A DNA stretch of 64,000 bases from Macrostomum lignano (lineage: Eukaryota). The translations under genes were made by a program, and so were the position numbers. The stretch spans positions 1 to 64,000 of the forward strand of contig NIVC01002398.1 of NCBI GenBank assembly GCA_002269645.1, given 5' to 3'. Below, piece by piece: positions 24,751-36,323 of the stretch. Each line of letters starts with the position of its first letter. Position 1 is the first letter of the stretch. The notes beneath the pieces are model-generated. The model saw only the letters and a program-made list of their open reading frames with translations. It ran no database searches and had not been told where the DNA came from.

Positions 24751-25676
24751 TATCTGACGGACTGAAAGCGCCGATAATCAAACCAATTGAAATTTATCAC
24801 CCGCCTCCTCCATTACTGAAATTACTCAAATGATAGCTGGCTTGAATTTGTGTACGCAACCTCCCCCCAACTACAATCTTGGCAGAAAGTTTAAAAGTAT
24901 GGAAATCGTTTTTTCAATGCTGTGCTTTTTGTTTTCATATTTAAAGCAAATAACTTATATCCCCAAACTCAGCGTTGCAAGATCTTTCCAGCAATATAAA
25001 ATCTCTCCTCTCAAAGCTTAAAACTCAAGGAACAGTTAGCGTTTGAACTTCCCGATTTAAAGAATTGAAGTATCTATCGAGTGTACATTCACTGCCTGCT
25101 AGCTAGTAAGAGGCTCGCAAGTTTATTCATTGAATTTAGCTGCCCAGCTAAATACAGTCTTGAAAGACGCCGATAATAAAACCAATTGAATCTCGACACA
25201 GTCCTTATCTATCTGTTTACACAGTACATTGCTATGTACACTCAGCCCAAACCAACCCCCCTATTCCGGGGAATCATTAAATTTTACTTCACCCCAACAC
25301 GCGGGGGTTTTATTAGCATTGAACCCAGAACACGCGTCACCCACCCCTCCAAAACAGCGACCCGCGGGAGGAGGTTGGGGTGGTTGTTTTTACAATTATG
25401 CCACTACCCCTCCACTGGAGAGGCAATGTGGCCAAAGAAGGTTAAGAAAACAGTTTTCTGCTTTTTACTTAATTTTGAAAATTTCAACATTAAAATAGCC
25501 TATTTGTTGCGTAGGAAAATTCTGCATTGATATATATAAGTCCCGCATTTGAGTTGCCAGCCGTTTAGGAGGAGATACGCGTTAAACCCGGCCGGTCGAT
25601 CGATCGATCGACCCACTCAGCTTTAGATATAAGAGATAATCTCCTCGAAATCAGGAGCAATCGAATTTAATATATG

Positions 25677-25821
25677 ATAAACGCCGTTTAATTCATCATA
25701 GTCTATGGTTAGAATATCCTCGGCTACAATCAATGGTCCTCGGCTCGCTACGCTCGCCTCGAGACCATTAAACGCAGCCTCGGACATTCTAACCACAGAA
25801 TGTGAATTAAACGGCGTTTAT
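25677..25821. repeat. 145-bp nested inverted repeat (MITE-like or hairpin element)
   Basis: Perfect 19-bp IR ATAAACGCCGTTTAATTCA / TGAATTAAACGGCGTTTAT; inner IRs TGGTTAGAAT/ATTCTAACCA and AATGGT/ACCATT around ctcgctacgctcg. Confidence 0.75.
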
Positions 25822-27059
25822 TATTTACGTAAACTTCACTTACGCCAAACTGCATGGATTTCAATGAGCAGGACCAAAGAGTGGTATTGAGGCGACCTCA
25901 ATACTCTTTGAGCAGGACGATTAGAAAAATTTCAAATGCCATAGACAAATGTATACAGTATTGGAAAATTACTGAAGGCACACACAAGCTGACTAGCTGG
26001 AGGCAGGCTTTAACCACTTTTCAACTCGTGCTATACGTCGATCTTGACGAAATCGATTTGTCGTTCGACCAATTATTTATGGATATGAAGCCAGCTCAAG
26101 ATGCAACAAGAGTCAATAACGATGACACACCTACGAGACCGTTTGATAATAATATTGACGGCTGATGATTTACAACGACACCTGGACGACATCTGAAGGC
26201 ATCTCGTACGCAGGCTCGACCTATGGCTGAGACTCCTCGGTGATGGTACTATCTTTAGAACTATTTTGTCTCTGGTTGTCTCCAGCTCTCAACGGATTGA
26301 AGTTCGCGTTGAACCTCTTGGATCGACAGGTCAGGATACTGTACCACCTAGCTGCTGAGAAAAGACAAACGTTCTGTCGACAAGGTGGAGATTGACGGTG
26401 AGAGGGTTGTGGTGTTTTTGAAGTGAGTCTAGTAAAAAATTCGATGAACTTTGGTTGAAGCTAGTTGATCAAACTGTTATTTACTTTTATCTTGATTATT
26501 TGCTATTTTGTATATGAACGAGTATATAAATATGTTTTACTTCCTGAAGACACTTTTGCTTTAAGTTTTTTACGGACCAGTGCACCATGGACTTACGGAC
26601 CATATAATACGAGCTAACAAGCGCACTGGTCTTGCTGACAGCAAGCCCATTTTCTAAATAATGGTCCAGTAATACTTGAGTGTGGCCATAGACAAGCCCA
26701 TTCCCGAAAAATAAGTGGACCATTATACGAGCTTTTTGGCGTAAGTGGAGTTTAATTTTTTAGTATTTGATAGAATATTTCATCTTTTAACGATGCATGT
26801 TAACCATACCTATTAGCGAGTCATCGTGTAGAGCAAGGCTTGCAGAGAACCGGTAGCTACCGTTGGTAAATTTAGCTCAATATTGATAGAATCAGGAAAA
26901 TGAAAATCAGAAAGTCAGCTGCCTTGCAGGCTTGAGTCCTTATCGTCCAGGCATCCAGGCACTCCAGCGCTATACGTCTTTACGTTTATTTCTGTGGATG
27001 GCTCGGGAACTCGTCTTGCACCTCGTAATTAGGGACGGACTGTGCCGGAATTCGCGAAG

Positions 27060-27185
27060 CCACCTCACGCACCGGTTTGAGGTTTGAGCTTGAATTGCAG
27101 AACTATCCCGAAATGACGCCTTACAGGAATCGAACCAGCGTTCTTTGATAAAGGCTGCGACGCATTACTGCATATACTCCAGCTA
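27060..27185 (-). mobile_element. Possible tRNA-derived SINE head
   Basis: Minus-strand B-box GGTTCGATTCC at 27136-27126; A-box poorly conserved. Confidence 0.3.
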
Positions 27186-27291
27186 CCTTGCTGGAATATG
27201 CTTGCTATGATGTAGCCGTGCATTGTGGGCTTGAGCAGCTACTCAGTAAAGCTGGGATATTTGGGCACAGATAGTTAATTGCACAACCGGC

Positions 27292-27545
27292 TGATGCTGC
27301 TCCATTGCAGACAGCAGCACAGGTAGAAACGGCTCAATCCAAAGTGTCGTCATCAGCATGACCGGCTGCTACCTGATCAAAGATGCCAGCGCAAAAGTAG
27401 GCAGAAACTTACTGACTTGCACATCCGGAGTCTGCCTGACAGCCGGTGCACAGCTGAACACCGTTGTTGGACGGATGGGCGGCTCGACCTCCTTGGATTT
27501 GGAAGGAGGCGGCGGTGGCGGCAGCTTCGTTTTCCAGACGAGCAT
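27292..27545 (+). pseudogene. Isolated degenerate exon 3 of the glycine-rich gene family (fragment D)
   Basis: Acceptor ccattgcag followed by SSTGRNGSIQSVVISMTGCYLIKDA...VVGRMGGSTSLDLEGGGGGGSFV, with an internal deletion; no neighbouring exons found. Confidence 0.8.
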
Positions 27546-28097
27546 CGCAGCAACATGAGCGGTAAAATAATTTCTTTTAATCAAAGTGAATTTGCTGTTA
27601 GTAGTACGAGCGTGTCATTAGTCAAACAGTGCAGTGCCGAATGCATTTTATTTAATGGGTATTTTGTTCTAAACGCTACAGGTCTGTACTTAGTAGTTCC
27701 GTACCAAGAGCACGCGCTTCTTTCCAACCTAGGTTTAAAACGAATAAAGAGCCTACACCAATTTTATACATTTTATTTACCTGTACATATTTAGTATTTA
27801 CTAGAATCGATCACACACATACACCTACCTACCGACTGACCATTTTTAGTATTGGGAAGTAAATCAATTGTTATTCAAAAGTTGCTGAGATGCCGTGACT
27901 CAAGGGAATGCTGATTTCTTGACTAGAAATATTGGCTGCTCATACTGTTTGAACCTTATTAGAGAAAAACAATGACTGTACAAGGCATTTTACATGTTTT
28001 TATTGGCAAACGAGAGCTTTAATTTAGTAGGTTTGACATCTGCGACTGTGGTAATGTCAGTCAGCCTTTCTAACCTCACACAAGCCCTAATATTAAG

Positions 28098-28102
<5 letters not shown>

Positions 28103-28152
<50 letters not shown>
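28103..28152. repeat. (TA)n microsatellite
   Basis: About 50 bp pure TA run. Confidence 0.97.
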
Positions 28153-28154
<2 letters not shown>

Positions 28155-28212
28155 TTCGTCATTCTTCCAATGCCTAAAAAGACAAGCCCTGTAATATGAG
28201 TACATCAATTGA

Positions 28213-28962
28213 TCAACGCCCGTAGATCTCGACTTCACACAGGTTCATAGGTTTTTCCTGCAGGTTGACAATTCTGACTTTGCTGCCAAAAGCCTTGCAG
28301 GTGAAGCTGGCCACAGAGAACGGCACCGTCAGGTCCACCCGGTTGCACTCGACACCGTCAGCAATCAGCGACAGCTTGTTGAGTCGGTTCATGCAGCAGT
28401 CAACTCTGTTGTAGATGGTGACGTGCGAGATGAAGGCAGGTCTGGCCAGCTGGCCTTCCCACCAGCCCTTTGCTCTATTAGCCGTATGACTACAAAATCC
28501 TGAGTTTTGATTTTTGACTCCATCGATGGCCTTCCCGCACACTGAGCCGTATTCAACCGAGCTCTGCTGGCAGCTGATGAATCTCAGCTTGGCTTTGTCT
28601 GCAATGTCCCAGAGTTCCTTTCAGTTATTTTATTGATTCATACCAAAACTCGGGCGGGTTCGCAGTGAGGACTCACCCGTCAGCATGATGTGCAGGTCGC
28701 ACTCATCCGAGCTGTGCCAAGTGCCGTTTTCAAAAGCCCACAGATCGAAGAAGCGGCAGAGGCCCCGCAGCAGGCTGAAGCCGAAGCAGGCGGGTCTCAG
28801 GGCGCAGAGCGATGCGCACTCCAGGCTGACGCTGCCTGGCGCAGAGTCCGTGACTGTCGGAGCCACCGCACTTCTGACAGTCTGGAACAGGCTTTGAGTC
28901 GATATCGGCATGAAGAAGAGGGCTGCACTGAGCAGCAGCTGCAGTGAACGTTTTGGCTTCAT
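28213..28962 (-). CDS. Secreted PAN-like + F-type lectin (fucolectin-type) protein, copy 2 (223 aa)
   Basis: Exons 28962-28677 and 28598-28213 (78-bp GT-AG intron, phase 1). Signal peptide MKPKRSLQLLLSAALFFMPISTQS; PAN-like ECASLCALRPACFGFS-x5-C; exact F-type lectin fucose-binding motif H-x26-R-x-D-x4-R (CSH...NRVDCCMNR); terminal LCEVEIYG. Confidence 0.85.
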
Positions 28963-30435
28963 TAGATGCTGTGCGTGGATAAAACAAGGTTTCCTTAAAA
29001 GATCGGCCTTTTAGACATGTTTTAACTCTGCGTACGCACTCCATTGGAGAAAGGCTCCATCATTGATCGAATTGGTTGAGCTTGTAGTTGAGATGCTTCA
29101 CGGCTATTGGTGGGAGTCGCGCAATAGTCATGCAGTAGGTATTTTAAACTGTGTTTAGTGCAGAAATACAGTTTTGTACAAGTTTTTTTTGTTTATTGTT
29201 TGTCTCCAATCTCAAATGATCATCGGCTTCATTAGACAATAGACCCACACTGGTGGTAACAGTTCCATCGTGAGTAGAACTCTTTGTTTCAAATTCGAAT
29301 TCAGCAAAAAGTTTCATCTACAGTTGAATGAATCCCCGACAGAAGCGCAAGATCAAGTTCTAGCACTGCCCAGACAGCTCAGATGAATTCCAATTTACAA
29401 GTTCGCTGCTGGCGATATTAAACTGGCTACCTGAATATTTACTTAATCAAGAATAACTTTGATTTGGCGTGTCTAGAAAACTCCAGAAAATATCTGGTAC
29501 GATATAACGACAAGCGGCTGGTGACATACAGATACAAATCGATTGTGTTCAAGGTTAGTTTTACTGCAACAGGTGTAGTGTGTTTCAAATGCGTAGTTGA
29601 TTAGTTCAGCAAAGGTTCCAGACCTACGGTCCAATGGGTCCCTCTTTTTACACAGAAAAGCTGCACAATTTTGTCAAGATCAAAAAAAAACTTTATAACC
29701 CTTGTGTTGGGAAGTGAGCGAAACAGAAGCAGCATAGAAGTCAAGCTAATCTTAACATTCCTAGCTCTGCAGCAACGAAGGCGAATACGTTGAAAAGTAG
29801 CTCGCCTATGATATTATCTGACAGAAGTTCCAGGCGATGTTTCAGGTGCAGCACGATGGCAGAGATCGTGCGTAAGGATTTAAAACAACCAAAGTTATAA
29901 AATCTCCAGCACCTGTTCCCTTTCTTACTGATGATAACTCTTGCGTCTCTTCTCTTGAATTGAATCGTAGATACTCGTGATGAAACTGTGGTCAGCAAAA
30001 TCAAGTGTCTTTTGTTCCTAAATTTTCCAAGACTTGAAATCTACTGAGACAGATAAAAGCAATCAAGCTACTTCAAAAGTATCAGGAAAAATCGATCAAT
30101 TAGAAGTAGACCAAAAAAACAATTGAACCGGTGCCAGCATTAAATCGCATATTCCAAATTTAAGTTGCGAGTTAGGGTTAGGGTTTGAGTTTGGGTTGGG
30201 CTCGTAGGGATGCAAAATATTTAATTTTTATCACTATCAGAAAATTTCTCAACGAAGATAAAATAGAATAAATTGTCTGCGTTGGCATGAAAACAACCAA
30301 AAGCTCACTAAATCAATACATCCGCTCTATGAATACATCTTCGTTCTTGTTTTAGTCAAGTTAATACACGTAAAAACAACCTATGGAATTCATTCGACGC
30401 TCGTATGGCTACTGAGAAATAATCGAGCAGCAGCA

Positions 30436-31041
30436 TCAGGTGTCCAAGTCGCAGGTGGCTGAGGCCGACTCCAGCAGGACGAACACGAAGCCCTGGACGC
30501 CGGTCCAGGTCCCGCCGAAGACGCAGCCGCCCCGGCAGAACCGCCGCAGCCGCCAATGTGGCCCCGACCCAGTCTGGCCCCGCCGACGCTGAAGCCACCG
30601 CCGCAGCCGCCAATGTGGCCCCGACCCAGTCTGGCCCCGCCGACGCTGAAGCCACCGCCGCAGCCGCCAATGTGACCCTGACCCAGTCTGGCCCCGCCGA
30701 CGCTGAAGCCACCGCCGCAGCCGCCAATGTGGCCCTGACCCAGTCTGGCTCCGCCGACGCTGAAGCCACCGCGGGTCCATCGAAGACGCTGCCGTCTCCG
30801 GCGCTGCCGCCGAACCAGACATCGGCCAGACGACTGCCGCTTCTCTTTTACTCTGTCCGAGCAGCCTGCCTGGGGCAACTCGGCCCTGCCGAGTTAGCGG
30901 GCTCCGCAGCCGCCGTGGTGCTAGCGGAGGTGTTAGTTGGGTTTTTGACGTCTGGCTGACCGTTGATGCCACCGAATCCCGCGTTGAGGCTGTAGCCGTC
31001 CAGTCCGTCGAAACTGTCAATTCCAGCCTCACCCGGTTGTT
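30436..31041 (-). pseudogene. Frameshifted exon 4 of the glycine-rich gene family (fragment E) with internal 57-bp x4 expansion
   Basis: Acceptor at 31042; QPGEAGIDSFDGLDGYSLNAGFGG followed by frameshifts; ends with GCVFGGTWTGVQGFVFVLLESASATCDLDT*. Confidence 0.85.
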
Positions 31042-31067
31042 CTACGGTGAAATCCATCAATCTGCTT

Positions 31068-31434
31068 TTTTAGAGGCAGGGGGGGTTGTGTGCACCCTGG
31101 CGCACTTTAAGCGACATTGGCACACAACCGGCGAGAGGAATGACTGCCCATTCCGCCGACTCCCCTGAGCAGGCACACAAGCGCGCGGATACGTACGCAG
31201 GCACACACTCACACAGGAGTGCACAGCCGCCCTAACTTTATATTATCGTTAGGCATGTACACTTCACTGCGCCTTGGGGGGTTGGCTCTCAAGGCCGTTA
31301 ATTGCACGAGCAGAGCCAAGCCGAGATTCAAATTCAGCCCCAAATTAATGTGACTGCACTTGGAATCGAGCCTGGGTCGCTGGCACACCAGAGCAGCTGC
31401 GCTACCGCTGGGCTACGGCCCCCCCCCCGCCATT
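31068..31434 (-). mobile_element. tRNA-derived SINE with 12-bp target-site duplication
   Basis: Head GGCCGTAGCCCAGCGGT (A box)...GGCTCGATTCC (B box); flanked by ATCAATCTGCTT at 31056-31067 and 31435-31446. Family copies at 53290-53572 and 63910-64000; diverged fragments at ~37150-37340 and ~48335-48410. Confidence 0.8.
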
Positions 31435-33566
31435 ATCAATCTGCTTACTCGCGTGGTTGCGGATTTTCATAATTTACAATTTAAGCAACTGCTGCTACTG
31501 AGATCACCATTTGATTGAAGGAGGCCTCGGTGCCTCCTCTGATAGTTTGATTGTCAGCCTTCATTTCTTGCGATTTTTCTTGAACAAAGGCTCGAGAAAT
31601 AGCTATTTTACCTGACAACTAAAATTCCAAATCGATATTGAGTTGTGTGAGGTGCCCTGCTTCAGCGGGCTGCTGCGATTAATGAGTGAGAAATTGACGC
31701 AGCTGCAGTCTGGTGCACCAGAGTGGCAGAATTCAAGCTAAGTCTGAGACAGCTCCATCAATAGATGATTCTGGGTGCTGCTACTCAGAAGTGAGCTCCA
31801 TTGTTATCGAAAAATTTTGCGTAGTGACTGAGACCCAGAAGCTTTTATGCGTTTCCTGAAAAAATTCCTTACTTTTCAACTAAAATAAATAAGTGATTAA
31901 ATCTGCCTTAAAGAGAAAATATGCAACCGACAGCCCAGCAGCAGCTATTCCGGCTTTTCAACTACAGTTGTGACAGCCGTTAAATCTTTCAATTAGTTTT
32001 GCGCTGAAGCTCTACCACTGTATAAACTTTCAGTATAAATCTTGAAATGTCCTAACTGCCGTGAATGCTGTTGTTTTTCAGCAATTTAGGAGCTTTTGCA
32101 TCATTGCGCTGGTCATCTTCTAAATGTTTTAACCATGCATTCCTGACGTCCTTATTTGCGAGTCATTGTGCAGAGTTGGGGAACCTGTAGTTAGGTTTAG
32201 CTCGATAGAAAGAAAATCAGAAAAAAAGAAAAGCAGAAAGTCGGCTGCCTTCCAGGCTGAAGCCCTTATCGTACAGACACTTCATCAATATAAAAAACTG
32301 GTGGTTCGTGTCAGCCAGGGCGGCGGGTGCTTTTCTTCTTTCGCCGCCCTGATAAAGGGTACAAGGACTACTTTTTACGTTGATTTCTGTGGTTGGCTGA
32401 CGAACTCGATTTGCGATTAGGGAGGACTGTGCCGGGATTCGCGGAGCGAACTCACGCCCCGGTTTCAACTCGTTTCGGCCGGGGCGGCAGAAGCCATCCT
32501 TCGCTCGTCCCCAAGATTGAGGGTAGCGAACGGGCGATTCCCTTTAGATAGATTGAGACACAGCAGATAGCAACCCGAGTATTAGAATTCATGACTATAT
32601 TTTCAACTGCTGATAAAAATACTTTTTGGAACTTAAATTTAAATGCTGTTGACTAAATTGTGGTCCATCAGTGAGCCCTAGCGTGCAGTACGGAAGGGCG
32701 CAGATGCCAGATGCGTGCAGCAAGGCAACTGCAGGGAGCTGCAGTCGAGCGACCTTGGCATGCACCGAAAGCAGACACTGAAAGACAGCTGAACTCACAA
32801 ATCTTTTGCACTCGTCTAAAAAACCTCCAGAAATTGTCTGGCCGGAAAAAAGACGAGCGGCTTCGGACAGACGAGTGCATTCAGTGTTTATTATTAATAA
32901 TTCGAAATTGAGAACCGTTTGAGTTGTCTGAGTTCCAAGTCTGTAGCAGTGAAAGGTTCGAGAACCAGTTAAGTAGCTGTTTAGTTAGGGATTAAGGAAA
33001 GAAACAGCAAAAATGTATTGACGAAAAATTGCTTACTCGCGTGAAAATAATTAAATTAATAGAAAATAACAAGTCTTGAGTAAAAAGCCACACAATAGTT
33101 AAGCGCCTGAGTCTTATGTTAGAGACTTTAAAAGCCACTCACACTACTAGTGATGAGACGTTACTAAGTATTTAGTTAGATTTATAGTTACTAAACTCTG
33201 AAGTCCTACACTACCTACGAAGCTTGCATTTCCAGTATTATTGTTTTAATAATTATGCTTTAAGCAAATTTCCAACCTGGGAGCACGTATGGAAATTGAG
33301 AATTTGTAAACAGAAATTTATTATTGAAAATTAGAACTGCAGAATTAAATTAATTAAAAATAGCCAACTCAGATTCATTTTGTCTACTTTTATAAACGAT
33401 AGTTCCACAAATATTTACTCCACTAATCGCTACCACGGCTCCCTTGTTCGAAGCCTTTTTTCACACAGGACAAGCGACAATGTTCACAGGAATAAGCAGT
33501 ATTAATCAGTGATCGAGTTAAAACACGACTGGCCAATCCCCACTTCAAAAAGCGGTTTCTGTGACG

Positions 33567-35056
33567 TCAGGTGCCTGAATCGCAGGCGGCTGAGGCCGAC
33601 TCCAGCAGGACGGACACGAAGCCCTGGTCGCCGGTCCAGGTGCCGCCGAACACGCAGCTGCCAATGCAGAAGGAGCCGCCGCCACCGCCGCTGTGGCCCT
33701 GGGCCAGTCCAGCTCCGCCCCCGCTGAAGCCACCGCCGCCTCCAGGGGCGCCTTTCAGTGAGCCGGTCCTGCTGCCGCCTCCACCGCCTCCGCCGAAGCC
33801 TCCATCACAGACGCTGTCGTCTCCGGCGCTGCCGCCGACCCAGCCGTCGGCTAGACTGCCGCCTCTGTCTCCGTCCAAGGAGCTCCGCCTGGGGCTGACG
33901 GCCCTGCCGAGCCAGCCGGCGCCGCAGCCGCCGTGGTTGCTTTCGCTTGGAGTATTGGCGGGGTTGTTGAAGCCTGGCTGACCGTTGCTGCCGCCGAATC
34001 CTGCGTTTGGTTTGTAGTCACCCAGACTGTCGGAACCGTTGATCCCAGTCCCTCCCGGTAGCCCTACGATGAAATCAATCAAACTGCTTATCCAAGTTAA
34101 ATTTTCGCTTTTAAAACTTCACAATTCTAGAAACAAAGTTAATGAGATCACCATTTCTTTTGAAGCAAGCTCCGCCGCCTCCGCCGGCAGCCAGCAGCAG
34201 CAGCTGGTCGACCGTCCGGTACACGAAGCTGCCGCCGCCTCCGCCGCCTCCTTCGATATCCAACGACGTCGAGCCGCCCATCTGGTCCACAACGATGCTC
34301 AGCTGGGTGCCGGCCGTCAGGTTGACTCTGGCGCTCACCTGGGCTCCCTGGCCTCCGGATGTGTTTGTCAGTAAGTTGTCGCCACCTCTGGCTCCGGCAG
34401 CTCTGATCAGGTAGCAGCCGGTCGTGTTGATGAGGACGCTTTGGATTGAGCCGTTTCTACCTGTGCTGCTGTCTGCAATGGAGCAGCGTCAGCGAGGTAA
34501 AAAATGGAAGTGAATGCAATTTCAGTCTGTGCCAAGATCATGGAAACCACCCACGACTTTGCACTCCTGACTCACTCCAAAGCTGCACTGCAGGAGAAGG
34601 CCAGTCGCTGTCGTCCGCCTTCCACACCTTCGCACCGACCTGAGATCCGATGACTCGCTGCACCTGATTTGGTTAGATTGACAGTTTGGCGGTTGTTATG
34701 GTGACCATCTCGCACGTGGCATTGCTCTCCACCGAGACGGCAGCGCTGCAGCTCACCCTCTGGCACTTTGCTAGACAGTCGGTTGCATCAGTGGCCTTGG
34801 TTGTTGTCGTGACGTTGTTGTAGGCGTTCAGAACGGCTTCCAGCATGTGAAGCTGCTGCTCTGAGCACACAGAATAGGTCCGCAAACTGGTGCCTTGTAC
34901 TCGCAGCACGAGTGAGCAGCAAACTGCGTTGGGGCAATTGGTTGTCAATAATAAATAGCATGCATTGAATAACTTTTAGCTGTGGTTTTTAAGTCAAGAT
35001 TGCAGTCACTTACCGAATAATAAAAGCAATTGTAAAGACAGAATTTTATTAGTCAT
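33567..35056 (-). pseudogene. Glycine-rich gene copy F with one in-frame nonsense codon
   Basis: Exons 35056-35014, 34923-34576, 34472-34152, 34063-33567 have intact lengths and splice sites. TCA in paralogs is TAA here at 34675-34673 (codon 98). Confidence 0.8.
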
Positions 35057-36323
35057 ACTTGCAGCGATAGTCTGATTGTCCACCTGCAATTTCTAGTGAT
35101 TCTTGCGGCACAAACGGCTTGAGAGCTATTCTAACTGTATTTCCTCAACTTCAATCCTAAATGAACTATCCTAAGACTCGCAGTAGGGATGCTGAGTGCG
35201 GTCGCTGATCCTTGTTTTGGGAGCTGCTTTAGAGGAGACGCTTGCTAGAGACTGAATCAAGTAGATGTGGAAGGAAGTCTGAGCAGAGGCGGGTTCGCAG
35301 CCAATCCCAGACATGAGCTGCCCTCGTCGATAATGCTTGGGCGCTGCGGTGCAAGAGTTTCTTAAATAATAACAATTAGCAGGAGACTCAATTTTTTTTA
35401 TCATCGTCTCACGCATAATGCGCTGGGGTAGTTCTTCATATTCCGCTTACTGATGAGCACGTACTTTACACGCACACTCTGTGCCTTGGGATTTGGCCTT
35501 TGTTGTGGTTGGTTGTGAATCGCACGACAACCGCTGACAATTTCGTGTACAACCCCAAATAAATTTTGGCCACGAACTTCGTGGTGCGAAAGCCAGTCGC
35601 GTTTACCACTGACCTACTCTGACCCCAACAGTTCGTGTATTTGGGAATTTTTAGACTGAAAACTGCCTCATATTGCGGACCCGTTTTTGTAGGATTTTTG
35701 TTAACTTGCCGAAAAATCTGACGCTCAGCTACAATTGTTCTACAAAATTCGAATTGGATAACCTGTGCTCGAGTAACCAAGCTAGGCAATGCAGATGGAT
35801 TCAGATGGATAAGCAGATGGATAAGCATGAAGGATGTCATCGCTGTTGGCAGGATTTTCTTGATTAGCCTCAAGTGTGCAGAATAAAAGTAAGTGCAAAA
35901 GAGGGCGCCGGCTTAGAATAAAAGTTTAGCACACTCAATAACTAGAAGAGTTAACACCTTTCAATAGTGGGTGTTTCACGCATGGTTTCGACACCAGCTG
36001 AATAAAAAAATGCTGAACCTTGCATAGGCGTGCGGCAAAAATCTTGAGTTGTGTAAAGTGCCCTGCTTCAGCGAGCTGCTGCCAAGAATGAGTGGGAAGT
36101 GGGAAATAAGTTCCATTGTTGTTGGAATATTTCGCACTAGGCTGAAAACCAGAAAAGCTTTTATGCATTTATTAAAAACGAACGAGCTGTGACAGTTGTT
36201 TTAGCTTACAATACGCTTTGGGCTTAAGCTTTAACAACGTTTAAAAATTACTGTTCTATAGTTTTTGAAACTTTTTGAAAATACCTGTCTTACCAGTGTT
36301 ACATGTACATTGCACCACACACT

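Noticed and set aside
24027-24833. 268-aa Leu/Ser-rich ORF resembling a membrane protein
   Set aside because: Translation of the CT-rich low-complexity tract.
25854-26165. 103-aa ORF, and likewise the 87-aa ORF at 29741-30004
   Set aside because: No recognisable motifs, splice context or paralogs; a database search would be needed.
28599-28618. Upstream acceptor (aaag/gaactc) for the lectin intron
   Set aside because: With the GT donor at 28676 it shifts the frame; ttgcag at 28599 keeps the frame into the lectin domain.
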